A stretch of DNA of 63,926 nucleotides, the filler included, from Barthelona sp. PAP020 (taxonomy: Eukaryota), in the NCBI GenBank assembly GCA_040182905.1. It is 4 parts of 4 records of this genome, joined end to end, with 100 filler letters (N's around TTAATTAATTAA, not from the genome) between each part and the next. Parts side by side here need not be neighbours in the genome. Positions count along the whole stretch, not along the records: positions 18,144 to 35,931 come from JARQWU010000235.1; 3 more parts are not named here. One strand, written 5' to 3'. Positions 20,119 through 31,640 of the stretch are shown piece by piece. Below the pieces are notes generated by a model. The model worked only from the letters and a program-made list of their open reading frames with translations. It had not been told where the DNA came from and ran no database searches. The position numbers and the translations under genes are program-made. The stretch's first letter is position 1. Each line of letters begins with the position of its first letter.

Positions 20119-23100
20119 TCAATTGACTTCCAACAAAGAATCTAAAATTGCTTTCAACAAATGTAAATGGTCAACATTCTTCTTCTTTTGATTTAAATAA
20201 TCAGAATGTTGGTTAATAAACTCATACAATATGAAACAAATAGACACATTAATTGAATTTTGATTTTGATGCGTATTAGTGTTAAAGATGTCTGTTGTGT
20301 TCAGAAACCAATTGAAATTTTTTGAATTTTTTTTTTGAAAAGTTTGAATTTTTTCAATTGTCTGAATGTTTTGTAAATATAAATATTTACAATATTTCCT
20401 CAATGTTGAAAATAGAATATTGATTGTTGCATTATCAATTTTCTTAGCAACACTCAAATTATTCAAAATTTCAAACAATTCCTCAAATCGGTACTCTTCA
20501 GTCAACACATTGATATGTTTATGTATTATTGTGTTAATACTTATGTTTTCAAATCTAGAAATCATCACTTCTGCTGCACTATGACTCTTTATGTATAAAG
20601 CATACACAAATTCAATTCTGGTTGATTGGACAGTATGTTCAAAAGAAATTCCCTTGATGACACAAGGGTCAACAGGACATCTTTCCATTTCATCCTCACA
20701 ATGATACATGCAACTGGGTAATGATAAAGGAATATTGGATATTGGCTCAAAAAATTGTTCATTATGTGAATATAAAGATAAGGGATCAACAAATATACGG
20801 TGTTGAATCTGTAAAAGCAATATGGTCAATAAATCCGAAGTTGTTGCAATTTGTTCGGAACTATTCCTCAAATACGGCAAACTGCTATAAATAGTGATCA
20901 ATAATATGTCTGGCTCGGGAGATTCAGGGAGATTTTCAAACCAATCTTGAAGGTTATCGTTTTTAACCACAGTTAAATAATTCCAACACTCCAAAGCAAA
21001 TGACAAGGAAAATGTCGAGTCAATTTCTTGGAATAAATCATTGTCATTGATTTCATCATCAATTTCCTGATATGCCAGATCTTTAATCTTTTCGATGATA
21101 TTGTTGATGTCAGATATGAGAAAGAATTCCCAAATAAATAAGATCAACCCAAATTTTAGAGGTTTTGGCAAATGTTTCAATAGGATCCAGCATGCCTTAT
21201 ATTTTCTTCTTCGAGCCAATTCCCAACAACACCATCCTATCAATGAAAGAGAATAATCTGTTTGTTCATTGTTTTCAACATCGCATAATGCTTCAATAGC
21301 TTGTAATTTGACTAAAGGGGAATTTATCAGAAGCTTTTTAAAAGTGTTATTAACGGTTTTATCTAGCTGCATATAGCCGAAACACAAATGCATTAATTCG
21401 GCATGTTCATCAGATATTTCATTGAGGGAGGTGACAATAATAGTGAGACAAGTAGAATACGGTTCTAATGCTAACAAAGTATCATTGGAGTATGAATGAT
21501 TCAATAAAGTCGATGTTCCAAGACACTTAAAATTAGGCTTCAACATTACATACTTCAAGAGTAAGGTCTGTAAGTCTAACCATCTTAAATTAATTGTTCT
21601 ATCTTTTAAGTCTATTGAATTCAATTGACTTTCTCTTAATCGATATATATTACCAAAGTTTGGTGTTGGTAAATTGAATAGCAAGACTAAAAATTGTTTT
21701 GTGGCATCATCTTGATGGTTTAAAGAAAATACATATTCTTTCATTGTTAATTTACTTATTTTCAATGGTTTAGAATTATCAATGCTAATTTTTGAGTGAT
21801 AATTTTCCAAAATTTCCTTCCAGTTTCTTGGTAAAGTATTTAAAAGTGGAGAACTGTTGATTTTACTCTCTAATAACTCAAAATCACCAAGCAAATGATC
21901 AGGATGATGTAATAGTACAAATAGCCTGAGTTTCATTAATGATTCTCTGGATTTGCTGGCTTCTGGACTTGCTGGTAGGAAAGGTGAACGTTTGAGTCTG
22001 TTATCAAATAAATTATTTTCAAGAGTTGAAATTGGGAGAGGATAGATGGTTCTTACATAAGATAAAATCTGTTCAATTTCAATGCAATTATCAGCAGTGA
22101 TGAAATCTGCTAGACAAAGGTTTGAAAAGTCCTCAAAGCTTAGACTTGCCAATTCACTTAGTAAATCTTCAGAATATTGCTTGGTATTTATAAAGTTCAA
22201 TAGAATTTGTTCTTCTCTTTGAAGATAATGCGTTGTTGTGGTTTGATTATTATTGTTAATGTTTTTTTGTTTATCATAAGAATCTTCCAGCAAATATCTG
22301 ACCAAACGCTTGGTATTTTTTTCAAATATTGAGATGGAGATCTTATTCTTCCTTTTATCCATATCATCCAATGCATAACTCAACCCAATTAAACTTGATT
22401 GAGGTTCAACAGGAGATGTAGCAACAACGCAATTGTTTGCTACGTTATACACCTCAAGCAAGCCTTGTTCTTTTCGTAAAATAATCAAATTATCACTTCC
22501 ATTATATTCCCAACTAATCTCAACATTTCGATACCCTTTCAGTAACCTTAAGATCCTGAAATTATTTAGCAAAGAAATAATCATGATACGATTTTGATTA
22601 TCTAGCAAAGCAAGATATTTTCCTTGAACACATGTTAATCCACTGATAAATTCTCGTGGCTTATCTTGAAATACATTCTTTGGCGACAATTTAAAATGAT
22701 TGTTCCCAAATATCGATTTTACCCAACCAAACAACTTTTTCTTTTTATTATTTCCAGTAGAAAACCCACGATTACTAACTGCATTACTATGATGATGAGA
22801 TGAAGAATATACATCATCTAGATCATAAACCAACAAAGAAGGATCAGTGCCAATAGCAATCAAGCTGTTGGAAATAGCATTATTTACCAAAGCTATATCA
22901 TCATTTGGTACATTACAGCCAAATACCATCGTTAATTCATTTGTTTCCTCCAAAGTAATCGTGTGAAAACGAAATTCTTCAGTATGCAAATACTCTTTTG
23001 TAATTATTGAGTATAATATTTTACCAGCAATAATAATCGTCTCATTGTTTTCTAAAAGTATAAAAAAATTGGGTAAAGAAAATTCAGTCAAGGTACTCAA

Positions 23101-23427
23101 AGTTACACTGATAAAATTGTAATCAAATTGATATTCAAATATGATTTTACCTTCAATTGATAAGAAATAAATGTGACCATCTAAAGTAAATAAAGAAATC
23201 AATTTCTTTTCTTTAAAAGAAAGAATTTCCACATGTATTATGGTAGAATCATTTGATTTACAAATATTATTGCACGTTAATTCGTTAACATCAAATAAAT
23301 ATACCTTATTTTCATTACTTAATAAAATTATTTTTAAATCATTGGAAGTTTTTAATTTTGTTTCATTTGTAAGTTCAATGGGCTCATTTGTTTCTTTTAA
23401 TACTATAGAATCATGAATATATAACAT
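20119..23427 (-). CDS. RAB3GAP2: Rab3-GAP non-catalytic subunit-like protein
   Basis: RAB3GAP2_N signature DKPRE...LALLDNQNRI...RLLKGYRNVEISW. Confidence 0.8.
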   Translation of the reverse strand: MLYIHDSIVLKETNEPIELTNETKLKTSNDLKIILLSNENKVYLFDVNELTCNNICKSNDSTIIHVEILSFKEKKLISLFTLDGHIYFLSIEGKIIFEYQFDYNFISVTLSTLTEFSLPNFFILLENNETIIIAGKILYSIITKEYLHTEEFRFHTITLEETNELTMVFGCNVPNDDIALVNNAISNSLIAIGTDPSLLVYDLDDVYSSSHHHSNAVSNRGFSTGNNKKKKLFGWVKSIFGNNHFKLSPKNVFQDKPREFISGLTCVQGKYLALLDNQNRIMIISLLNNFRILRLLKGYRNVEISWEYNGSDNLIILRKEQGLLEVYNVANNCVVATSPVEPQSSLIGLSYALDDMDKRKNKISISIFEKNTKRLVRYLLEDSYDKQKNINNNNQTTTTHYLQREEQILLNFINTKQYSEDLLSELASLSFEDFSNLCLADFITADNCIEIEQILSYVRTIYPLPISTLENNLFDNRLKRSPFLPASPEASKSRESLMKLRLFVLLHHPDHLLGDFELLESKINSSPLLNTLPRNWKEILENYHSKISIDNSKPLKISKLTMKEYVFSLNHQDDATKQFLVLLFNLPTPNFGNIYRLRESQLNSIDLKDRTINLRWLDLQTLLLKYVMLKPNFKCLGTSTLLNHSYSNDTLLALEPYSTCLTIIVTSLNEISDEHAELMHLCFGYMQLDKTVNNTFKKLLINSPLVKLQAIEALCDVENNEQTDYSLSLIGWCCWELARRRKYKACWILLKHLPKPLKFGLILFIWEFFLISDINNIIEKIKDLAYQEIDDEINDNDLFQEIDSTFSLSFALECWNYLTVVKNDNLQDWFENLPESPEPDILLITIYSSLPYLRNSSEQIATTSDLLTILLLQIQHRIFVDPLSLYSHNEQFFEPISNIPLSLPSCMYHCEDEMERCPVDPCVIKGISFEHTVQSTRIEFVYALYIKSHSAAEVMISRFENISINTIIHKHINVLTEEYRFEELFEILNNLSVAKKIDNATINILFSTLRKYCKYLYLQNIQTIEKIQTFQKKNSKNFNWFLNTTDIFNTNTHQNQNSINVSICFILYEFINQHSDYLNQKKKNVDHLHLLKAILDSLLEVN

Positions 23428-23889
23428 AAAAATTCTATGATTTTCTGATTCTTTTTATCATCACTTATTTATTGTATTTATTTTATTGATATTTGCAATA
23501 ATCTCAAATTGACTTTTTAAAATAACTTAAAAATATTATTGCAATTGGTACAAAAAAAAATTTGATTTTGTACCATGTCATAAATCCCCATCTATCTGTG
23601 TATTATATCTTGAAATTTTTTCTTATTTGCTTTTCTCTTGTACTGTGATTTTTTTAATGCTTAATTTCAGCAAATTGTTCTTTATTCAAAGATACAATGA
23701 TAAATGCAAAAAAACTCCCAAATATTGATTTTAACTGTTAGATTGAACTAAAGCAACACTCAAAAACAGCTAGATGTTCACTAATCATGAAAAGAATCAA
23801 AATTTTTGTACTTTTCGCTGTTTTGATTGGTATGAAACAACAAAGTTCAAATTATCAACATCTCTTTTATCAATAGTAATATTAAATGC

Positions 23890-24477
23890 TTAGAAGCTCA
23901 AAAGTTGAATGGTATGATAGAAAGGATAGATTAGCGACGATAGAGATGGGGAGTTCGATATTGAGATGTCTCCTTCCCATTTATTGCGATACTTTTTGTT
24001 GCTGTCTCTCTTTGGAAGCTTGAAATAATATGGTGGTGTGTTCAGAACAACCCTATCAATGTTGGCCATGTATACGATTTTCGATTCAAGTTTTCCCACA
24101 TGCCATTTATCTCCGAACATTTGGATCCATGTTTAATGTGCTACCTTTTCAAAAACTGTTGTCTCTGGACCATCCTCCATGTTCCTGAACATTTCTATAA
24201 ACGTTTTGGTTATATAGAACATTTTTTGTGCTTTAGCCCATTCATTTTCATGAAATTGGTTCCTTTGTACCAGATTGTTCAAACTTTCGGAAGGATTTTT
24301 CCCTTCTGCTAGTTCATTTTCGGGCAAAATTTTTTTTTTTGAGCTTCTTGCTGCATCAATGCGATATTATTGGTCAAATGTCTTTGTTTTTTCAAAGATT
24401 TTATTGCTTCTAATATTTGGTCTTAGCGTTCTTCTACTAAATTTTCCATGTTCTCCAAAGCTCGTTTTTATGGACAT
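23890..24477 (-). pseudogene. Disrupted reading frame, possible transposase relic
   Basis: One frame from ATG 24477 to TAA 23890 is broken by two in-frame TAA codons. It contains NPSESLNNLVQR. Confidence 0.4.
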
Positions 24478-25245
24478 TTTAGATAAAATATGTAATCTTA
24501 AAATACAAGTTTGTTTTTGTTTCAAAAGAAGAAAAAAACTTTCAGAATTTTGCTACTTTTCCTAGAAAACATTGTCTACTGGTTCCAAAAATGAAACCTT
24601 GCCCATATATGTGATTATTTTTGCCTGTTTTAAATTTTAAAGGCGTTTATTAATGCAATTGAAAACATATTTGATCAGACCATGCTTCATTTCTTTTGTT
24701 TTAACATACATTCGTTCATTAGTAATAAATTCAGAATAATTTTTGATCGATCATAGATGTTTTTACAACACTATTTAAAGATTTTTTGCACCAAAAATCA
24801 TTAAATTTTCATGAAATCTTTTCAATAAACAAAATCTAATCTTGCTCATTATTTTCACTTTTTAAAAACAAATTGACAAACTTTCTTGATGGTTTATTGT
24901 CTGCTTGAAATTGTATTAAAATTGTCAACATTTCCACCATCACACTTCAAACCCAATTACATTTTTCATTTAGATCACCCTATTCAGTTCCTTGCTATCG
25001 ACAAACACTTAAGTTGGAAGAAAATGCCCAAAGACTATTTCCTTTTTTTGTCAAGAATTAGCAATAACTTTAGATGTCACTTTTTCCATTTTTTTTTTCA
25101 TAAGGACAAAAATATTAAGAATAAAAGATTCAATATGCAAGGAAAACAATTATTAGATATCTATCGGATTGAAAGAATTTCAAAAATTGTATTTTTCTTT
25201 TTGAAATACAAATAGTCAAAACGAATTGTAATAATTTATAATGAA

Positions 25246-28200
25246 ATGAATGTAGATGAGAATTCGGAACAAATTCAAAGAAGAGTTTTGTTTGAACAAT
25301 TGTACAAAGAATATCCATTTTGGTTAGAAGATTTCCGACAAGATTCAAAAAACAATGAAGTGTTAGGAAGTTCTTATGATGCTATATCCGAGAGAGAAGA
25401 GATAAATTTAAGTTATAAGAATATTGAAATTCCAACTTCACATTTATGGAATTATTTTCCTAATTTAAGAAAAATAGATTTAAGTTATAATAAATTAATA
25501 TCTATCCCAATCCAAAGTTTTATTGAAAATTATCCAAATCTTAAGGTTTTGAATATTTCTCACAACAGATTTAGAAAAATAAAGAATATTCAACTTTTAT
25601 GCAAACACCCTTCATTAGAAAGTCTTGATATTTCATTCAATCCATTTGATATATTGGATCATCGAATGATTTTGATGCGTTATCTCTTTTTTGATAATCA
25701 AGTTGGTTTTGATGGTTGTTCTTTCAATAAAACAGAATTTTATGAAAAAGCAAAGGATTTTACGCATAGATATATTGGAAATCAGTTGACTGCGTTTGAA
25801 AAAGCAAATATGCCACAGGCTTCCAGAATAGTTACGAATTCGTCCATTTTAACGTTGCAGAAAATGGATGCGCCACTTCATAAACCTTCTGAAATAAGAA
25901 AGATATTAACTAAATCATCTGAAAGTGGAATTACGTTTTGGAACAACAGTGGAAAGATTGTATATGCAAATCTTTTACCCGCTCCAAGTTCAAGAAGTGG
26001 TCCATTTCCAAAACTACAGTATCTTAACGGTGTTTTATTGACAATTGAGGATTTTGATTTGAGCTTGACTGATTTTGAAAAGGAAATAAAACAAAAAACA
26101 AAAACTCACAACGTTTTAACTAATATAGTATTACCAGGTCGTGTTAGCTCGGTACGTGTGCAAGAAATGGTTAAACAACGATTGAGAGAAGAATTTGCGG
26201 GTTATTTCAGTTTGACTGAGGATGAAAAAATTTTGTACAATGAGAAAAAAGAGGCTTATTTGAAAGAATATACAAATGAACAAGAAGAAGTCAGTAAATC
26301 TATCAAAGCAATCCTTCGAACTGGAAAGATTCCTGGAAATTTAAAAAGTGATGGGACGATTATTCATAACGTTGGAACTGATGAAGTTATTGATGACTTT
26401 CGTTTGATTGAAGAAGAGATTAAGGATGAAATAGAAAGACAAAAACAACAGCAAAATGAATCCAATCAATTAGACACTGAAGAAATGGCAATTGATGAGT
26501 TGGGAAATTGGAGCAGTGTTCAAGAATTATGGAAAGATAATTTGGAGGATACTCAAATGTCAGGCGTATCGTTGAGTAAAAATGACCAACTTTCTAAGCA
26601 ATTGAAGATGTATATGGCACGAAACCATTTTTCTCTGGGATATCAAGACATGTCTAAAAGGGCCGTTAACAGTTTCAATCGTGGGTTGGATCATTTTGAA
26701 GCTTCAACACCACGTGGTCCAACGCAAGATCGGATTAATTCTTTGCCTGCATTTCAATCTCCTCTTGGTAAAAATTACACAGCACCAAAACCCTCAAATT
26801 TTGCTGAGACTATCAATCTTGAAGATTTCAAATATGTCGAAACAAAAGTAGATATAGAGGATATAGACTATCAGCACTTTAATCATTTAAGAAATTATTC
26901 TCGAGGCGTTGAAGATGTTTTGGAGATAGAAAATGTTGATCCAAAATCGATGATTGCAACATTAGAGAAACGATATCGTTCAAGAATGAAAGATGTTAAA
27001 GAAATCACCCACGAATTAAATCACTTATTACACAGTAAAAGTAATAATGATAAGAATAACAGGAAAACAAAGCAAAACCATGTACATACATACGATTCTG
27101 TGCTTGAAAAAGTTGATTTGGAGTTAACTAGACTTGAAAATGAATTGAAAACAGAAGAAACAAAAGAATTTGCTCCTATTTTAACTCCTGGTGAAGTTTC
27201 ACATGTTGTCGATTCAAAATTGGTGAATCGACATGGACTATTGATTTTTTTACAGAATGAAATTGAAAGAACAAGGAAAAAGCAAGCGTTAGAGTTTAAA
27301 GAAGCACATCAAAGGGCTATTAATCAACCTAAGAAATTGGGTTCAGTTGCTGTATTTCAGGGAGGACAGAATCCAAATGTATTGGATACTCGAATGTATT
27401 CATTGCTGCAAAGAAGAGCAGATTTTCTTGCTTCGGAACTTGATGAGACAACATCACGTGATCAACATGATATTTCATTAGCTAAGGATATTGAGTATCT
27501 GGCAGAAGCTGGTCATATTGGTTTGCAAACGCTGGATCAATTAGTCAATCAAGTGGCTATGGAGGAAAAGAGATCTCGTTTGAATGGTATAAAACAAATA
27601 ATTATTGGGCGAAAGTTGTTCAATGATTATGTAGAGAAGAAACAGAAATTTGATCAGGTTAGATACACTCCTAAACATAGAGAGCAGCTTAGATTCGAGA
27701 CATTAATGGAAGGTAAACCGTTATTGTTGGAAGAAGAGCAAAACAATATTGAAGAAGCAGAAGAGAATATTATGGATTCCATTAATCTTGAATTGGAAAA
27801 GACTTTATTAGCAAATGCAGGAGATCCTAATAGTATTGATGATAACGATCCTTTGATATATTCGCCTTTTGTCGATGAGTCTTTGTTTGAAGATATTCCT
27901 AAGATGGATGAAACTGAGTTGCAAGATTTAATCCCAGTGTTCATTGATGGAAATTTCACCTTCATAACTCAAGCAGAACAGAAGCAAATTAATGCTCCTA
28001 AAATGGTTACTTCAAATGCAATGGTCTTTCGTAAATTTAATCGAGCGGGCGACAAAAAGAAGTTGATGCAATTGCATAACAACAAAAGAAATTTAATTGG
28101 AGATTTAGGTTGGGAAGAAAGAAGAAAAGTCGTTTTACCTTCAAACTTTGTTACTGATTCAGTGCGTTCAATACATCATAATTTGTCGACAGATAGAAAA

Positions 28201-28605
28201 GAAAAGAATTTGAGCAATCAAATTAGAAATGCAAGGATGGTCAGACCAGAATTGAAGACGCATAAAATCACTTCTCAAAAATTCACTCATAAGGATAAAT
28301 TTAAAGAAGTTATCACTTTATCAGAAAAAAAAACAGTTTTTCATGACATTTTGGAAAAAGAAAATGAAAAAAATGTTAAAACAAAATATAAAAATAAAAA
28401 AACTAATAGTCACATGGATAAAACGTTAAATAAAACAAATAGAGTTCTTCAAAGTTCAGTCAATTTGAATAATATGAAAAATTTTTTTTCCCCTGCAAAA
28501 GATTCAACAAAATTTTTTGTGAAAAAGACAAAGGGATCAATGAATGGGAAAAATTACACAGATTTTTCACATTTTAATAGTATTGATAATTCTTTTGCAG
28601 ATTAA
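25246..28605 (+). CDS. Leucine-rich-repeat protein with long coiled-coil/low-complexity tail
   Basis: LRKIDLSYNKL, LKVLNISHNRF, LESLDISFNPF and an LRRcap-like PKLQYLNG. Confidence 0.8.
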   Translation: MNVDENSEQIQRRVLFEQLYKEYPFWLEDFRQDSKNNEVLGSSYDAISEREEINLSYKNIEIPTSHLWNYFPNLRKIDLSYNKLISIPIQSFIENYPNLKVLNISHNRFRKIKNIQLLCKHPSLESLDISFNPFDILDHRMILMRYLFFDNQVGFDGCSFNKTEFYEKAKDFTHRYIGNQLTAFEKANMPQASRIVTNSSILTLQKMDAPLHKPSEIRKILTKSSESGITFWNNSGKIVYANLLPAPSSRSGPFPKLQYLNGVLLTIEDFDLSLTDFEKEIKQKTKTHNVLTNIVLPGRVSSVRVQEMVKQRLREEFAGYFSLTEDEKILYNEKKEAYLKEYTNEQEEVSKSIKAILRTGKIPGNLKSDGTIIHNVGTDEVIDDFRLIEEEIKDEIERQKQQQNESNQLDTEEMAIDELGNWSSVQELWKDNLEDTQMSGVSLSKNDQLSKQLKMYMARNHFSLGYQDMSKRAVNSFNRGLDHFEASTPRGPTQDRINSLPAFQSPLGKNYTAPKPSNFAETINLEDFKYVETKVDIEDIDYQHFNHLRNYSRGVEDVLEIENVDPKSMIATLEKRYRSRMKDVKEITHELNHLLHSKSNNDKNNRKTKQNHVHTYDSVLEKVDLELTRLENELKTEETKEFAPILTPGEVSHVVDSKLVNRHGLLIFLQNEIERTRKKQALEFKEAHQRAINQPKKLGSVAVFQGGQNPNVLDTRMYSLLQRRADFLASELDETTSRDQHDISLAKDIEYLAEAGHIGLQTLDQLVNQVAMEEKRSRLNGIKQIIIGRKLFNDYVEKKQKFDQVRYTPKHREQLRFETLMEGKPLLLEEEQNNIEEAEENIMDSINLELEKTLLANAGDPNSIDDNDPLIYSPFVDESLFEDIPKMDETELQDLIPVFIDGNFTFITQAEQKQINAPKMVTSNAMVFRKFNRAGDKKKLMQLHNNKRNLIGDLGWEERRKVVLPSNFVTDSVRSIHHNLSTDRKEKNLSNQIRNARMVRPELKTHKITSQKFTHKDKFKEVITLSEKKTVFHDILEKENEKNVKTKYKNKKTNSHMDKTLNKTNRVLQSSVNLNNMKNFFSPAKDSTKFFVKKTKGSMNGKNYTDFSHFNSIDNSFAD

Positions 28606-28829
28606 AAGTCAACAAACAATTTTGATTAATTGTTGAAATAATTGTAAATAAATAAACTCATTTTGTTTTTCCTTAATTGCAAATCCTTCACTTTTCTTTC
28701 AGAGGGGGTTTCGGTAACCCATAATTTTTCTTGTAAATTATTTCTACACAAGGAAAAAGCAAAAATAAACGTTTTCTATTATACTTTTACGTAACAATGT
28801 CATCCAGTTTAACCAGAAAAAGACTAAAC

Positions 28830-29297
28830 TTATTTGGACTTTGTTTTGTGAGTAACGGGAACATAAGTGAGGGAGAATTCACCTAAGTAGTGTCCGATCA
28901 TAGGGGCCTTGATTTCAACAACATTAAATTCCTTTCCATTATAGATAGCGATTTGAGCACCAACCATTTCGGGAAGAACGATCATAGAACGAAGATGGGT
29001 CTTAACAACAGGTGGCTTAACACCAGCTTCACCCTTAACAGATTCAATGGAAGTTTTGACCTTGGCAAGCAACTTCAATTCTCCTCCTTGTAATCCACGG
29101 TTAAGTTTTCTACGTTGACGGGACTTCAATAAGGGTTTCAATTCTTCGTGAGAAAGAAGAACTAAATCATCGAGAGTAACACCACGATATTTGTGAATAC
29201 GGAATTTTTTTCTTTCAGGCTGATACATTAGAAATGAATACAATAAAACAAGTAATAAAAAGCTGTAATTTCAACTAATACATACCTTGGAAGACAT
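28830..29297 (-). CDS. RPS15: 40S ribosomal protein S15 (uS19); exons 29297-29286 and 29219-28830
   Basis: [17 protein letters not shown]...[16 protein letters not shown]...[10 protein letters not shown], with a 66-nt intron. Confidence 0.97.
29220..29285 (-). other. Spliceosomal intron, 66 nt
   Basis: GTATGT...TTCTAATGTATCAG after codon 4. Confidence 0.9.
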
Positions 29298-29416
29298 GAT
29301 ATAAAACGTCAATCAAAAGGATAGAAGGAGGAAAAAATAAATTTTGTGAATTTTTTGAAAGTTTTTTTTTTCCAAACCATTTGCCATTAAGTCAATTTAA
29401 GTGTGATTTGAAGTTT

Positions 29417-29773
29417 ATGAATGCACAAGAAAATGAAAATGAGAATTCTTTCATTGAAGAACTTTTATTGATACAAAAATTTCCCATCAATAATTCGATT
29501 TCTGAGACTCAAAATAGAATCTGCACGTCATTAGAAGAAGTAAATCTTTCGTTTTCGTCATTAAATGAATTTTCTGCGAGCATTGAGGAAAAAACCACAC
29601 AAGATGTTCAAAGCGTTATTTTATCCTTACAAACCTTGAGGAGTGGGTTACAAAATGTTTTTTCCAGAACTAGAGTTCTTCGTAATAAGCTGAGAAAGAA
29701 GTATCCCCAACATTTTCCCAAAAATATTGATGATTCTTTGTTGCCCGAGGAAAAATCTTTGAGTATTGATTAG
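29417..29773 (+). CDS. KXD1: KxDL-domain protein (BORC subunit KXD1-like)
   Basis: LRSGLQNVFSRTRVLRNKLRKKYPQHF matches the C-terminal half of the KxDL domain. Confidence 0.7.
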   Translation: MNAQENENENSFIEELLLIQKFPINNSISETQNRICTSLEEVNLSFSSLNEFSASIEEKTTQDVQSVILSLQTLRSGLQNVFSRTRVLRNKLRKKYPQHFPKNIDDSLLPEEKSLSID

Positions 29774-29952
29774 TTAGGAGCCTGTTATTTGTACTAAACC
29801 TGTGTATTTTATCGTTCTTTTGTTGCAAAAACAGGGTTTTTGTTATTGATTTTTATTTTGTCAATAGTTTATTTTATTAAATAATAAATATTAAGGAGTC
29901 TTTTTGTTTTTTTTATAAAGTGGTTTTTTGGTATTTTTTCTTTTTTTTTATT

Positions 29953-31338
29953 ATGAATCCGGAATTCATTGAATTATTGAAGAATTTCCAATTAAGAAAT
30001 GAAATTAAGCTAAACTTTTCCAACAAAGCTTCTGTTTGCAGAAGTATTATTGAAATATTTAATATTTTTGAGGACCTTGAGGAAGATGAGGATATTGAAG
30101 ACGTTGATAGTCTGTTGCCTGAGTTTTTAAATGGTGTGCAAAATATTTGTTGGATATATTTGGCAAATGAAAGATTATTGGATAAATTTTTCAAGATTGT
30201 TAGAAATCGATTTGTTGCCTCCAAAACACCATTCTTGGCGAAAGCATTGGGAAATATTCTGTCGGTCTTGGCATACCACTGTTCAAAGAAAAAACACTTG
30301 AGCAATTTTTCCACCAAAATTTTACGAAGCACATATCAAGCTATTTTACGAACTTCAAATGAGCATGTGTGCACCGAAATAGGACAAGAAATAATAAATG
30401 CGTTCTATTTGATATTTTTAGCGTCTGGAAAAATCACATCGAAATTTGCTTTCCAATCCATTCAAGACATGGGACTAACAGTTAAGCAAGTTGTTAAATC
30501 GATGAATGCAAATCAAATTACAAGATTATACTCCCCTCAATTTTATGTTGCTTCACAAATTTGGACCAAGCTTTTGACAGACCCAGATACTGCCACTCTA
30601 CCTGCACTAAAATCCCTTCAGTTCCCATTTATCACTATTATCAATCGTTCTTTGGAATTTAACAATGGTCCAAAATGGTATCCCGTTCAACTATTGTTGA
30701 TTTCGTTGTTGTTAAGATTTGAGAATATTGGTGATGAAAGCTGTGACATGTTTGTTCCAATTAGTTGTCACATCCTGGCCATTTTACAAGACATTGCCAA
30801 TAGACCAAAACATAAAGGTTATTTGTCACAGCCCATCGAATTGAGCAAGATGCTGCACGTTGCTGAAGGTGATTCAAATACACAAAAATACAAAGAATTA
30901 GTCGCTATAAAATGTGTTGAACTTTTGAAAATTCATGCAAACCACTATTCCACAACTATTGCGTATGATTCAATTTTTGCAACAGTTAGATATGAATTGA
31001 AACAGCTTAGCAAAAAAACAAAATTCTTGAAATTGTTCACTCAAACTCTGGTTGACCTTATCCAACAAATTGATGAAAAAATGACCTCCGTTTTGGATAA
31101 TGAATCTCCTTCTGAATATCAACACAGAATCAATCAAAGTTCCAATGTCAAAGATGCTTCAATATTAAAACGTGCTCCCGTTGTCGAACAAGAGGAATTT
31201 GAGGAGGAACAAGACGAAGAAGAAGACGCATACGAAGAACAGGAAGAAGAACCCATCAATGCCAAACCAAGCTTATTAGATTACAACGGCTCCTTCTCTG
31301 AATCTAAAGCTTTTGATTTCGCATATTGGGAAGAGTAG
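29953..31338 (+). CDS. NOC2: Nucleolar complex protein 2
   Basis: Noc2-type motifs LQFPFITII, KWYPVQL, FVPI and STTIAY, plus an acidic tail. Confidence 0.75.
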   Translation: MNPEFIELLKNFQLRNEIKLNFSNKASVCRSIIEIFNIFEDLEEDEDIEDVDSLLPEFLNGVQNICWIYLANERLLDKFFKIVRNRFVASKTPFLAKALGNILSVLAYHCSKKKHLSNFSTKILRSTYQAILRTSNEHVCTEIGQEIINAFYLIFLASGKITSKFAFQSIQDMGLTVKQVVKSMNANQITRLYSPQFYVASQIWTKLLTDPDTATLPALKSLQFPFITIINRSLEFNNGPKWYPVQLLLISLLLRFENIGDESCDMFVPISCHILAILQDIANRPKHKGYLSQPIELSKMLHVAEGDSNTQKYKELVAIKCVELLKIHANHYSTTIAYDSIFATVRYELKQLSKKTKFLKLFTQTLVDLIQQIDEKMTSVLDNESPSEYQHRINQSSNVKDASILKRAPVVEQEEFEEEQDEEEDAYEEQEEEPINAKPSLLDYNGSFSESKAFDFAYWEE

Positions 31339-31640
31339 AAATTCTCGACCAAAACCTTTTCTTTTTTAATTTTTTCTGGTTTATTGATGTCATAACCGTT
31401 AAATTCAAAGATATAAATTTTGCAGTAATTTTTTTTTTGGTGATTTTTAAAATCATTTCTAAATTGAACTGAAAAAGCTTTAAAAAGATATTTATCATTA
31501 TTTTTTTTGTGAATTTGTATTGTGACTCTTGATAAAAAGGGAATTGCTTTTTTTTTTTCTTTTCACTCCATTTTTTTGCGAATTTTATGATTAAAGTTGC
31601 ATTGTATTCATTGCTTTTTACATTTATTGTATGTTTGGAT

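Noticed and set aside
23890..24477. TAA reassigned to Gln (hexamitid/ciliate code)
   Set aside because: Conserved genes such as RPS15, SMC5 and the FKBP end at TAA, and long AT-rich ORFs have no in-frame TAA/TAG.
28704..28730. GGGTT-TCGGT-AACCC hairpin followed by AATTTTTC (Sm-site-like)
   Set aside because: Only a 5-bp stem, and no U1/U2/U4/U5 diagnostic motif was found nearby.
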